Source: Octopus vulgaris
Lineage: Eukaryota
DNA length: 64,000 bases
Assembly (NCBI GenBank): GCA_951406725.2
Contig: OX597814.1
Location: forward strand, 186,310,001 to 186,374,000
Direction of reading: 5' to 3'
A program made the translations under genes and the position numbers. Below, piece after piece: positions 11,917-24,585 of this stretch; positions within the stretch are counted from its first letter, which is position 1, and every line of letters begins with the position of its first letter. Under the pieces are notes generated by a model. That model did not search any database, was not told the origin of the DNA, and worked only from the letters and a program-made list of their open reading frames with translations.

Positions 11917-13597
11917 GAATTTCATCTCAGTTACATCATCAGTACGTGTTATTCTTAAGTGCTTTAAAATAATATTTTAACGCGCGCGCGCACACACACA
12001 TACACTGTTTAATTAATATTGCGCTTTAATGTAAATGTGTATTTTGAGAACTGGATTTGCAGACCCATCAATGGTCCATCGATTCCTTAGAGAGTTGAGT
12101 TCCACAATACACCAAGTATTTGTTTTGTCGTCCGAAACATCGTTTCGGTGGTGTTTTAGCTTCGCTGCTGTTCTTTTTAATTTTTCTTTCCTTTTACATA
12201 ATAAGCATCCCTTTTGATCCATCGTATGTGTGCATGTATGCGAGCGCTATGCACATCTGTCTATTTTCTCTGTTTCTTGATAATTTATTTATATATTCAC
12301 TTATTTTCACAAGAATGAATAACTTAGTTTCCTCATTCTCGGTCAGTAAGTTCAAGTAGTCTGACACTACTTCACACTTCTGTTTCTGTCGACAGAATTA
12401 GTATTAGTAACATACTGGAGAAGTGGGTAGAAAATGCAAACAATTAACATAATTGCTTGGAAAAAAATATATATTTTCCGTATTTTGATTTTTAAAAATT
12501 ATTTGAAAATTCCAGGATTAATTACTGCCATTGCCGCCAACTTATTCTGAAATGGTTTTTGTGTTTTATATACTAAATTGTTTACATCATTAAAACACCT
12601 TATCTGTAGAGAGAAGACAGGAACATCGTTAGACATGAAATGCACGACTTAACATTCATTCTTACTGTATCTATTATTATTATTATTAACTCGGAAAGTT
12701 TCGTACCTAATTAAGTATTATGAACGTTAGCTGATTATATCCAAATATGCGTCATACTAGAAATGATTGATCACCAGTGTCTAATAACTATCATCAATTC
12801 CAGCCTGACGCAACGAGATGGCAGTTATGGTAGCGCAAATATCCAATATTGATTTTATCAATCCCGAGTTCCAACCCTGTTACAATCAGCTTTGTCATTT
12901 TGGGGCCAATAAAATAAGTACCGCTCATATATCACAATACATTCAGTCCTCTATCATTACACTTTTCTTTCTAAACGTGGTCGATTATGCGCTTGGTAAG
13001 CAAAAGTGGTTTCAACCCCGTCAATGAACTGAGGTTTTTTTTCTCTCTTTTTCGTCTCAGATTTATTGTTATATTTAATATCGCTTCTTGTTGAAAATCT
13101 AATTATTTAATTTATTCATCATCATCATCATCATTGTTGTTGTAGAGTAGCAGAAGCCGCAAATTGTTAGACGTAACTGGTGACATTTAGCTTAATTTCT
13201 ATGCGTTCTGAGTTCATGTCTGTCGGGATTGACCATGTTGCCCTTCCAAGAATCGATACCATAAAGTACCAGCTGTGTAATGAGCCCGATTCCATTGATT
13301 GTTCCCTTCCCACAATTTGACAGCAGAGTGATGTGTTTTCCTTGTAGAATAGTGTCGTTCTACTATATTCTGGCTTTGTTTCTCATCCCTCAGGTCATGT
13401 ACTAGGGAAGAATTCATTCAACAGTACACTTCAGTTACATATTTGAAACTTTTTAGCTAGTAAAATTATTCCATAACGTTAGGTGGGTTATACCGTTAAG
13501 CCAACTCCACATCTCATTTGAAATTTATTTCACTCCGCTCATGTCCTAAAAGCAATTGATACGAGTTCATTACTCGTTGAAACACGTTATTCTAGAG

Positions 13598-13799
13598 CAG
13601 TGGTTTTCAACCAGGGTTCCGCCAGTACAGTCCAGGGGTTCCGCAAGAAGTTACAAAACTGCTAAAATCGGCAGTAATTTTTAATTCTCCTGTGCAGATA
13701 TTTGTGCATAAGACTATTAAATTATTGCACAGGGGTTCCTCGAGCCAGTGGAATGTTTCCTTGGGGTTCCGCTCCATCAAAAATGTTTGAAAAGCACTG
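13598..13799. mobile_element. hAT (Charlie-type) MITE
   Basis: TIRs cagtggttttcaa / ttgaaaagcactg. Perfect 8-bp TSD ttctagag at 13590-13597 and 13800-13807. Repeated subterminal ggggttcc motifs. Confidence 0.92.
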
Positions 13800-15342
13800 T
13801 TCTAGAGCCATCCTATCCGCATTGAGCTACAGACAGAACCAGGCTTAGACATTCGAAAGTATTATAGTTTCGAGTCCTAATCATTTAATGATCATCATCT
13901 TGATATAAAGTGTATAACGGCCTTACTCATAGTTCTTGTTTTTATATAATTATGTATTTGTACAGCTCCATGCATCCTGTTAAATTCTCATGAATGAATG
14001 AATGAATACCGGTGGCAAATAATTAATGGGTTATTATTATTTTGCATTTTATCCCTTCTGGGTCGGTAAAATTGTCAATTTAGTACTTTGGCTGATGGTA
14101 TCGACTCTGAAGAATGCCGGCTTTGTGTTTTAGGTAAAAAAGTCAAAGCGGGTAATGGATTGAAGGAATCGTTAGAGCTTCAAGAGAAATGCTTTGCGAT
14201 GTTTTCCCCGGCTTTTTTACATTCCGAGGTCATCTTTCCCTTTTAAAGACTCCCAGTGAGAAACACGGTACAAGTAAGCCAATTGAATTAATTGTACTTG
14301 TTCTCTATAAATCCTTGCGCCATCATTAGTAACTATTATTATTAATATATTTCAAAAGGCGGTGGATTGCGTAACCTGCATGGCGGCGGTTTAAAGTCCT
14401 TGCGGTATTATGCTCTGGGAGAAATCAAATATCACCAAGGTAAACTTTGCCGTTCATAAATTCTGGTGTCGAAGAAATGAAGCACCAATCAAGATCTGGA
14501 ATAGATTGATAGATTCTATCCCTTCTTTCCCAAGAAATATGTACATGCCATTGCGCCTGTGATTTTTTACTCAGTTCAGATATCGCATGGGTCGATTTTG
14601 CCTTTCATCTATTCAGGTTCTGTTAAATTTTAGCTGTTCTGCTTAAACGAGAAATAATTGTTACTATTCAGCGCGATCGTATCACCAAAAACTAAGCCTT
14701 TGTATTTATCTTGTAACACTTTTCAGACGAATAGTTTCTGTGGTAAGTATGGCCTGTGGTGTACTAGAATAGAGAGGAAATGAGTTGTCAAATCTTGACA
14801 AATCGACCGTAGAGTGACGTAAATGCTTGTAATATGCAAGTTCAGTAAACCGTTCCCTTTATAAAAGAAAAATGCTCTTCCTTTTCATGGAAGTAAAGTT
14901 ACAAAGGCAATTTTTATCTACCTTTTAGCTAAAATTTCCAAGGCACTTATTTTAATCTACCTTCATTCCCAATGTAATAAACCTGATGCATTTTGTCACA
15001 TTGGGAATTGTGTTGTGTTGATTGAAATGAGTTTTCAGGTTTGCCAAGTTAGCATCTTTGTTTCGGGTTTCCAATTCCCGTTGTAGTAGGTCCTTCCGAA
15101 AGGCGTGAAGGTTTCGTTTTCACTTGTAAAATTGTAGCCCCGTGCATTAGAGATATAAATTGCCCCTCCCAAAATACAAAAATATCATACACCGCCTCCT
15201 AAGATACCAAAGCTTTGAAACTATGGAGGAAACGGCTGTTAGTTTCTATTACTCGAAATGGCCGTGGTGTAACGTAATTGTTAGAGTGACTAGCAGTATT
15301 TAGTTACGTTACGTTCGCGTGTATATATATATACACACACAC

Positions 15343-15480
15343 ACCAACCTCAGAAGAATTTATGTTGAAGTCAACTGCGGTATGATCTGAACTCACATAA
15401 TATACATATATATATATTATTTGTCTGAGAGTTCAGATCACACCGCAGTTGACTTCAACATAAATTCTTCTGAGGTTGGT
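15343..15480. repeat. 52-bp near-perfect inverted repeat (51/52) with 34-nt AT-rich spacer
   Basis: 15343-15394 is the reverse complement of 15429-15480 apart from A15382 opposite C15441. Confidence 0.97.
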
Positions 15481-15899
15481 AAAATAAAAAAAAATATCAG
15501 TCAAGTCCTGAATTCATTAAATTTGTAGGCTTGACACCGATGTTAAAAATGAATGTTCTGTCTGTCACAGCGGCTGTTTTGTTATTTAAGAAAGGTGTGT
15601 CGACTGCTTTCCTATTCCCCTCCCTCAAACATCTTATACTTCAAAGCATGAGCGAGGTGAATAAGACTTAATGTTTATGACAACTGATTTTGTCTTTGAA
15701 GGTTCAAATCCCACCTAGATTTTAATCTGTTTGCCTTATGATTATCGTTTCAGGCTGTTATTTATAAGAAGGTTTGTAAAGTAGAAATTGTTAGTTCTGT
15801 ATCTTTTTATTCTAATCTCAGTTTAAGTTAGGATTAACATTACGTTTTATTCCTCCAAACTAGTTACCTGCAATATTGTAAATTTCGTTTGTAAGGAAC

Positions 15900-16389
15900 C
15901 AGTGGTTTATAACTTGGGCTGTAACGACCCTTTCGGGTTGCTGTGAACTCAGAGGGGGCGACATATGTCATTGAGTACTGTTAGTTCGCTGAGTGTTTTC
16001 TTAGAAATAAAGTATTTAAGCCAGGTGCAATGCTTATATTTTGAATACCTTAAAAACAATCTTTGTTGAGATTGTATAATGTGTTATGAATGAGTAAAAA
16101 AAAAATTGATGTTGTGGCAAAACCCAAATAATTTCACAAGGTCCACGCCTTTAGTAATTCTCATAGAAACTTAACATGGGGACACCAGTCTTGCAACACC
16201 CAACGGAAGTCCATATAAGCTTTTGTTTAAGTTTGTGCAATAAATCGGTTATACTTTCACAATACACAAAATATTTTAATATTTTAAAATACAATTCCTA
16301 ATATTTAATTCGGAAAAAGTATTTTTTAAAACATCGAATGGCTGTGAAGGTTCACTCGAGTATTTAAAAAAATGGTTGAGAATCATTCA
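15900..16389. mobile_element. Decayed hAT-type MITE (possibly two adjacent relics)
   Basis: Left end cagtggtttataac, right end ggttgagaatcattc. 16320-16389 resembles the reverse complement of the element at 62738-63044. Confidence 0.5.
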
Positions 16390-18846
16390 TCTAAACGGAG
16401 TCATAAGCTAGATGAGATATACTATAAAGAAATATGAATAAGAAACCACCGCGCAAATATTTGACTTGAATATGATTAAAATAATCGACTGTGTGCGTGT
16501 GTGCGTTTTTCTTCTTCCAAAACTGAGGCGGGTGTGCATTCGTGAAACATTATCTGGTGAAAGGGGGATGCTGAGTAATAAAAGGTTGAAAAGGAACTAG
16601 TGTGGGCTTGTACCTCAAAGTATTTGCGGTGGTTTTTCGGTATTCATTATAGAATGGATAAATTTAAGGCTAACCCCCATATTATAACTTGGTTTTGATT
16701 TTCGGTTGGAACTATTTCATTTGAGAAAAATTCATTAAAAAAAAAAAAGGTGGGGAGGAAACGGGGGTTGTTAAGGAACGAACAGTAAGTACATTACATA
16801 CTATAAATTCGCGATGATATGTCAGTGGTTGGTCAAAAGAAAAATATTGACAAAATACTGACAAATGATGTCAAATAGGGAGTAAGCTCTTGCCAATGCT
16901 AAGACTTCAACTTGGTTTCTGTTCGCAGTTGGAACCATTTCAGTACACTTAGGTCAGTTACCTTTAAGGAAAGACGTGAATGCCACAAATTTGCCCTTCC
17001 TTAAAAAAAAGAAAAAGAGGTGTTCTGACTTGATTACGTAAACAATCATTAACTGTCGACCTCGCTGTGTTTTATTCAGATATGGTTAGTGATTTTTGGG
17101 AAGTTGTAATCGTGAATATCTCACACTTATTTACCGTCCACTAAAGCAGGTTTTTATGGCTATGTAGGCGGGTGCTTGCCGACTGGGTTTTAGGTACTAG
17201 ATAAATTTTATGACACCTACTCATCTTTTCGATAAAACATGAAAAATTTCAAGATAGAAGCTAAATGAAATCCAGCTGTTAAAGGTGACTTAAGTCAGTA
17301 CCATTAAAACTTCAAAAAAAAAAAAAAAGAAAATCCTAATAGAGAAAGATGAAGAAACCTATAGTTTTAAATTTTATTCCGTTCGAAATTTTTTTTTTCT
17401 ATTGCCTGAAGTTCATCTATTTCATTCTGTCTTACTAAAATCAAAAGTGGGAAATTATTTAGGAAATCGCGTGTGTGCTGGGAGTTTATGCACAACCAAG
17501 TCTGCTGTTTTTGTCCATTTTTCATAACTCCACAATTTTTAACGGGGTTAGGGTATATAGAAGTCAAAAACACATTAGAGGCTTTGCCTAATTGAAAAAT
17601 AAAAATCAATTTACTCTATCACAGTTGCGTGAAATATTTATATTTTCGTTTTAAGGAAACGGTGTATAGAAACAGCATGAGTTCCTTTCGAAGGTAATAC
17701 AGTATATATTTTTACAAGTAGCCGTTACAGAAAATTATTAGTTTTATTTATTTTACGGAACTGCCGAACGAGGGATTTAAGATATGACAAAGATGAAATA
17801 AAAGTCACTTGATAGCAATTATATATAGAGGTATTAATTAATTTGTTAAAAGGTAATTAGAGATAGATATGTTTAGATAGACATATAGATAGAAATAGAG
17901 AACGGGACCAGTAAAATAGAGAAATGCTTATTCTCATTCGTGTAAGTAACAAATGCTGGAAATAATTTTTAGAAATGATCTTTAATTTCTGTTCATAATT
18001 ATATGAACCGACACAAGTCGGTAAAATTTATCCCTGTAAACAGATAGAGCTTTACGAAAACATATTTTCTTTCATAGTTTATTCACCTAAATATATTTTG
18101 CTTCACTAATCATTTTATAGTTAGAGGTACACTGTCTTTTCTCATACATGCCTACAAAAATATTTACTTCGCCGCTCGTCTATTTTAGCGGGATTTGTTT
18201 TCTTTTTACTACGAAAAGCAAATATTAAGAGTTTATGTCAATTGCGTGTGTGTGTATTTTAGAAACGAACCGACGACCTGCTAGAAACAGCAACAGCCAA
18301 ATCGAACAATAATGTCTTTAAAAACAAGAAAGAAAGAAAGAAGTAATACACTTAGTAAAATTAGCATGGTCACGATTTAAGGTTATCTGGAGTCAACCAT
18401 ATACACACAGCCTGAGTATATATTTCTTACATAAAGAAATATGTCTTTAAACTACACACACACACAATTTACAACATGTATTATATTAGCGCGCAGTGCG
18501 CGCTAAAGGAAAGTTTTAACATGAAGACGAATTTATTCCAACATATTGCTTATCAATGCCTTGAGATATGCTTTGCCTACTATTTAAATGTCCATTTAGT
18601 TAGTTCTTATATCTGGGCCCTCGAGGAAATCATGTCTTCTGAGACTTGTCGCATATATTAGGAATAAAATTCTTCACATTTACCGTACTTAATGTATTTA
18701 TCATAATCATTATATTTTCGCGATCCTTAGTGAATCTACACTGCTTTTCTCTCTCTTTTTTTGAGGACGGGTAACGTTTATATTCTAGGAATCTTTATAT
18801 TCTAATCTAAAACTTATCCGTCTATCAACAAGAATCGTGCGTGTGT

Positions 18847-19071
18847 GAAGGCGGCGAACTGGCAGAATCGTTAGCACGCCGGGCGAAATGCTTAGCTGTA
18901 TTTCGTCTGTCTTTACATTCTGAGTTCAAATTCCGCCGAGGTCGACTTTGCCTTTCAACCTTGCGAAAATCGATAAATTAAGTACCAGTTGCGTACTGGG
19001 GTCGATCTAATCGACTGGTTCCCCCCCACACACACACACACAAAATTTCGGGCTTTGTACCTAGAGGAGAT
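18847..19071 (+). mobile_element. Full-length tRNA-derived SINE, family B
   Basis: Head ggcggcgaactggcagaatcgttagc (A-box-like), gagttcaaattcc (B-box) and conserved central gactttgcctttca..gataaattaagtaccag. 17-bp TSD aagaat(c/t)gtgcgtgtgt at 18830-18846 and 19072-19088. Confidence 0.92.
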
Positions 19072-19390
19072 AAGAATTGTGCGTGTGTACAGCTTCCTTC
19101 TTTATCTTGTGCGGTTTGGTACGCGCGCTTCCCTTGACTTCCAAATGCGTGTGTGCCTACAACCTGGTATATATTATTAACATGTATTTATATGCATTAA
19201 TATTAGACAATATTATTTAAGGTATCAATATTATAACATTTAGTTTGGTCTTATGCCAAAATTTGAAACTAATATTACATTTAGTCGTAATACGAAGCAT
19301 CTTAACAGACGCGTGCACACACGCATTTTGATATATACACATAAATATACTGGATATAAGTATGTATATAACAATCATATGTAAATGTGC

Positions 19391-19422
<32 letters not shown>

Positions 19423-20351
19423 TCTATAATTATAAACATAATTATGATTAGGGGTCAGCTTCACCACATACCGAATTTAGAAATAGGAGTTAAAAATTCC
19501 TTTTCTAACTTTTGTATGTAAATATATAACTGGAACTATGTATTGAAACGTTTGAACAACTAGGGTGTGTGTGTATATGTGTTTTTATATATATATATAT
19601 ATATAAATATATATATATATAAAATAAAAATGGGGAAGGCCGGTTTATGGGATTACCTTAGATTTCTCGTCCATAAAGGATTTTCCCCATTTTTAATAAT
19701 ATATACGGCTGTATATCTTAATAGTGTGCTTCTTTCGGATTTATGTTTTTTTACAGACGATATATATGCATACACACACGCACAAATGTATGTTTATGTT
19801 AACATAACTGACAAATCATTTAATAGCATTTCATGTGTGTGTATGTTTATATACACACACACACACACACACACCAGCAATTATTGCTAAGGAACAGGGG
19901 TGTCGTGGTGGCAGTCGCGCTAGATTGCCGGACTTAAATGCTGTCATGTAATATATTTCGGCGCTTAATCGTTAACTAGCTCTCTGTATTTAGTTTCTCT
20001 TTTGTTCCTCATTGTTCTCAGGTCAAATTCCACCGACGTCAACATTCATATGCGTCTGGGTCGTGAAATGTCCCCTGGTTTTGGGTGCGTTTAATAAATA
20101 GGTTCTCTGACTTTTCCGGTTCTTTTTTTGGGGGTTTTTTTTTGTTTTTTTTTCAATTTAATCAGGACCACGAAAAATTCGGTTTCGATTCTCACATGAT
20201 TCTTTTTTTTTTTGCTGCCTACAAACGTCTTCTCTCGAGTAAAGATAACTTATAGGCATAATGTTGGATTTCATTCACAATTATTCCCAAGCAAACACAC
20301 GCACGCGCACACACTATTCAGCTATTTGTGTGCGTGCGCGCGCGCGGTCAT

Positions 20352-20587
20352 CATTTTTTTTCAATGTTTCATTCATTGAACTGCGGCCATGCTGGGGTAC
20401 CGCCTTCAAGCGCTTATTCAAACAAATCGATCTCAGTACTTTATTATTATTATGTTTTTTGTAAAGCAAGGTACTTATATCTGTCCCTTTTTGCTGAACC
20501 CCTTATCTACGGGGGCGTTAACAAACCAGCACCAGATGCCAAGCGGTGGTGAGGAACAGACACACACACACTGTGCGTGTATATATA

Positions 20588-20632
<45 letters not shown>

Positions 20633-20754
20633 CGACGGGCTTCTTTCACTGTCCGTTTACCAAATCCATTTACAAAGGTTTTAGTTGGCCCGAGGCAATA
20701 GAAGACGCCCAAGGTACCGCGCTGCGAGACGGAACCCAAATCCATGTAGTTGAG
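20352..20754 (-). mobile_element. SINE family A copy
   Basis: Reverse-complement similarity to 58227-58686, including the internal microsatellite. Confidence 0.85.
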
Positions 20755-21610
20755 AAAAAGATAATAAATTATTCGGATAGTGTACCTTGCCTTTTGTTAC
20801 ACACACACACACGTGTGTGTGTGTGTGTGTATACGGATGCGCACTCGTCACAGAGAGTCAGTCAGACGAATAGAGACAATGGCTAGGAAACTAGAAAAAT
20901 ATGTATGTTTTAATATAAATATGGAATTTTGTATGATTGTTAAATCTCTGAACTTGTGAAACTAACTATAAGTGATTATTAATATTCAGGAAGCTGGTGA
21001 CCAAATTATTCTAAATTTTTTTTTTCCATTGGTTTTAGACAGAGGCTGTGTCCATGCCTTAGCACAGGCTGTCAAATTTATTATTCATCAACAAATTGAT
21101 CCCAGATACTTTTACCCCCCTTCATCGTTTGAGATATATATATATATACATACATACACACACACACACACAGCGCGCGTGCACACACACATGTATAGCT
21201 TATATGAGCGTTTGTATGTGTGGGCATCGCAGGTCTTCAGATATATTTATTAGTACTATCTAGTATAGACGATGAACAATAAATCCATTCTATAGATACT
21301 ATGTTTGCGATCTGTAAGCTATATCACTTCAGTTACATCGCTAATTTTTAAATTTCCTTTTATTTTATTTACCGTTCAGTGTTTTTGGGTTTTTAAGGTA
21401 TTGCTATACTGCTACTATATTCTACGAGGAATGGCATTAATTAGAAATTTGATGGAATTTTCGTTTCCCATTTCCGCTAGAACGTCTTTTATATTAGTTT
21501 AATTTCCAATATTGTGAATATGGCAATTGTTTTTGTTCTTTTCCGGCTGCATAATTAAAAAAAATAATAATAAGATTCTGTATGCGTACATGCGTGCGCA
21601 CACACACACA

Positions 21611-22044
21611 TCTTTTACTTGAATCTCTGGGCTGCGGCTAGCCTGCAGCACCACCTTGAAGGGCTTAGTCGAACAAATAGGTACCAGTAATTAATCTTAT
21701 CATGTCTGATACTTTCTCTATCGGCCTCTGCCGAACCGCTAACTTACGGGGACGTCAACAAACCAAAACCGTTGTCAAGTGGTGGTGGGAACAAACAGTT
21801 ACACACATATAATATATGACTGTGTATGTATGTAAAGGCGGTGCTCCAGCATGACCGCAGTCAAATGACTGAAACAAATAAAAGAATACACGACGGTCTT
21901 CTTTCAGTTTCTGCTTCTTAATCCATTTATAGTGCTTTGGTGGATCTGCGGCTATAGAAGATACTTACCTAAGATGCCATCTATTAGGATTGAACCTGAA
22001 ACCATGTGGTTGGGAAACGAACTTTTTACCACACAGCTACGCCT
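21611..22044 (-). mobile_element. SINE family A copy with a nested opposite-strand tail fragment at 21837-21887
   Basis: Similar to 40701-41115. The fragment ggcggtgctccagcatgaccgcagtcaaatgactgaaac sits on the plus strand inside its microsatellite. Confidence 0.82.
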
Positions 22045-22152
22045 CCATCTTTTCCAAAATCATTAATGGTAGATTTGCTATTATTAGTGATTTAAATATC
22101 TATAACTGTCTAGAAAAACTCTCATAGCTGGAATGTTCGCGCGTTCTTTAAC

Positions 22153-22193
<41 letters not shown>

Positions 22194-23523
22194 TACATTA
22201 TGGGTGGAAAAACATAATGGCACACAAGGATACAAGAACTATTTTGTGAACAATTTTAAGTTTAATGAAGTTGCATTTCGTATGCTTACGTTTTCGGGTG
22301 ATAACAAAGATAGGAATATTTGCTGTAACTTCATTTAACTTGTCAAACGATTTTTATCTATACAGAATTTAGCCAAAAATTATTTTCCAGTATTTCAATT
22401 ATTTGTAGAATTTTTCTTCCTTTCTATATTTGCCAACATTGAAGGCTTCCATTCCAGGTTTCTCATGCGCATCCTTTTCACTCTTTTATACATAATCATT
22501 TTCGATGGTTTGCAGTTAATTATCCGGCGTCATTTCGATGAAAATTTTCTCACAATTTTTAAAAATTAGCTCAACGATTAGCTTCTTCAGGTTGATCGAT
22601 CACTATGTACGTTTTTAAAATACAAATGCCTTTTTCGATTGCATATAAATATAGAAATATATAGCAATATATTTTAAGAGACATATGGTATGCCAAAGAA
22701 ATATTATGCTAAGAAATATATATATATATACATATATAAATAACACCATCTTTGTTGAATAATGATATTGTCTTATTTTCGAAAAGGCACGTGTTTTGTA
22801 GTGATTAACTGTAAATTGATTCATGACAAAACTCCCCCCTGTTCAATTAATACTACTACTTAGGTTGAACTTCGCTTTTCTATTAACACAAATGAAGGGT
22901 GAGGCAAAATGAAAGTAATGATTTAAAATATGCAATTATCTTCTAAACACTTGAAGTATTGGCATTTCTCAAATCTTATGTTATTTCGATGAAGTTCACA
23001 TTGATCGCTAATAAACATTCATTCCCTTCTACTTTTTAACAATCTGTGTTATGATTGTATTAGTAATAAAGAAATTAACATCTTTCTCTTCGTTTAAAAC
23101 ATTATTTACTACCCCTGCTTTCCCGTGTCAATCGTTATGTATTTTATTCTGAGACACATCAGTTTAACCATAGTGATAGATCAGTATCATAAAAGAGAGC
23201 AATATGAATTCATTAACATCAACCTTAATTTGGAGGAAAGACACGCCAACAATGTTTCTTTGTTAACTTTTAGATCTGTTCCTCAACATTATAAATCAAA
23301 TTTACTGTCTCTCCCATATGCATACACATCTATCTGTCTAATATATATATATATATATATACATACATACATGTATATATGTATATAATTCAGAGAAAAA
23401 CCACTATTAAACAATTCAATAAAGAAAGATGTTGTTCACACCATATAGAAAACATATACTATAAAAAAAAAAACTTATTTTAAAAATCAATAAAGTACAA
23501 TAAATAGTAAATAGTAGTAAAAA

Positions 23524-23649
23524 GACTACGCACGTTTCATGGCTATATTTTCAAATAGATAATAATAATAAAATCAATTCAATTCAAAATTAAATCAAAC
23601 TAAAATATTGCTATTTAAAAATTAGTTCAACGATTAGCTTCTTCAGTGT
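23524..23649 (-). ncRNA. Hammerhead-like motif with long AT-rich stem II, in a TA-flanked element (~23385-23670)
   Basis: CUGAAGA-AGCUA..~90 nt..UAGCCAU-GAAA-CGUGCG-UA-GUC. Intact core; helix III loop is one change from the palindrome CGCGCG. Confidence 0.6.
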
Positions 23650-23681
23650 GATTGATGAATATAATAATATTATATATACAC

Positions 23682-23740
23682 GGCGGTGCCCCATCATGGC
23701 CACAGCTCGTGAGCTGAAACTAGAATCAATCAATCAATCA
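23682..23740 (+). mobile_element. Isolated LINE/SINE 3' tail with (AATC)n
   Basis: ggcggtgccccatcatggccacagctcgtgagctgaaac resembles the LINE tail at 7243-7282. Confidence 0.75.
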
Positions 23741-24051
23741 TATACACACACACTTTTGCACACAAGATATATATCAAGTGTCAAAATCATGATGGTATCT
23801 AATTGGCAACTGATGGTTAAAGTTTCCCAGTTAAATATGTTATTTATTCTCTCATTAGTGTCCCAAATTGTTGTGACTATCCTGTTTGATTTGTTTTATT
23901 CGCCCTGGAGAATGCCGGTTATTTTTTATTGTTCTTTTGTAGACTATGTATTAAGTACTTGAAAGAAATCTTATTTTATAAATTAGTGTAATTTATTAAG
24001 ATGGTAGTATTGACATATGCTGTGTGTGATGTCTTTATATGATCTATGACA

Positions 24052-24086
<35 letters not shown>

Positions 24087-24109
24087 ATATATATATATAT
24101 ATATATATA

Positions 24110-24314
24110 CCCTTCTGTCCGGCACTAGATGCCATGATAGATCGTTAGCCACTACACACATTTTTTTCTCTCCTTGTTTTTTCTGTGTCCCTTTCTGTAG
24201 AAGAGCATAGGCTCGAAACGTAAAAGACTTTTTTCTATTCCTAAGCATTATACTAATACATCTGTTTGTTTTGTACACCACCTGTCTTCGTCTTTTGTTT
24301 TTTTCGTAAACTCT

Positions 24315-24318
<4 letters not shown>
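24110..24318 (+). mobile_element. ~200-bp (TA)n-embedded element with a minimal hammerhead motif at 24191-24226
   Basis: Homologous to the reverse complement of 55606-55780. Motif CUUU-CUGUAGA-A-GAGC AUAG GCUC-GAAA-CG-UA-AAAG. Confidence 0.8.
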
Positions 24319-24354
<36 letters not shown>

Positions 24355-24585
24355 GTAAATGTGTGTGTAGATATAACTTTAATTATAGTGTTTTAGGGAT
24401 TTATTTGTTGTCTTAACTGCTTGCTTGCTAGGTATTTCCCATTCTACATTTCTGTAACTTGACTAAACTTAACTAATAACTACAAATTAAATTCCAGTGT
24501 ACATCTCCATTCTATTAAATGCATCCAGAATTTACTGCAATCAAGTATATTTGGTTAATTTTTATCCTAGCTTTCTTGTTGAGAC

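Larger units (their letters stand above)
12815..15790 (+). mobile_element. Cluster of ~8 old, co-oriented family-B SINE fragments
   Basis: Repeated decayed matches to gagttcaaat..gtcgactttgcctttcatcc..gtcgataaaataagtaccagt at ~12815, 13150, 14005, 14145, 14357, 14565, 15258 and 15650. Confidence 0.7.

Noticed and set aside
12132-12148. Hairpin ccgaaac-atc-gtttcgg containing GAAAC
   Set aside because: No upstream CUGANGA-like core or stem II on either strand; a 7-bp stem alone is unremarkable.
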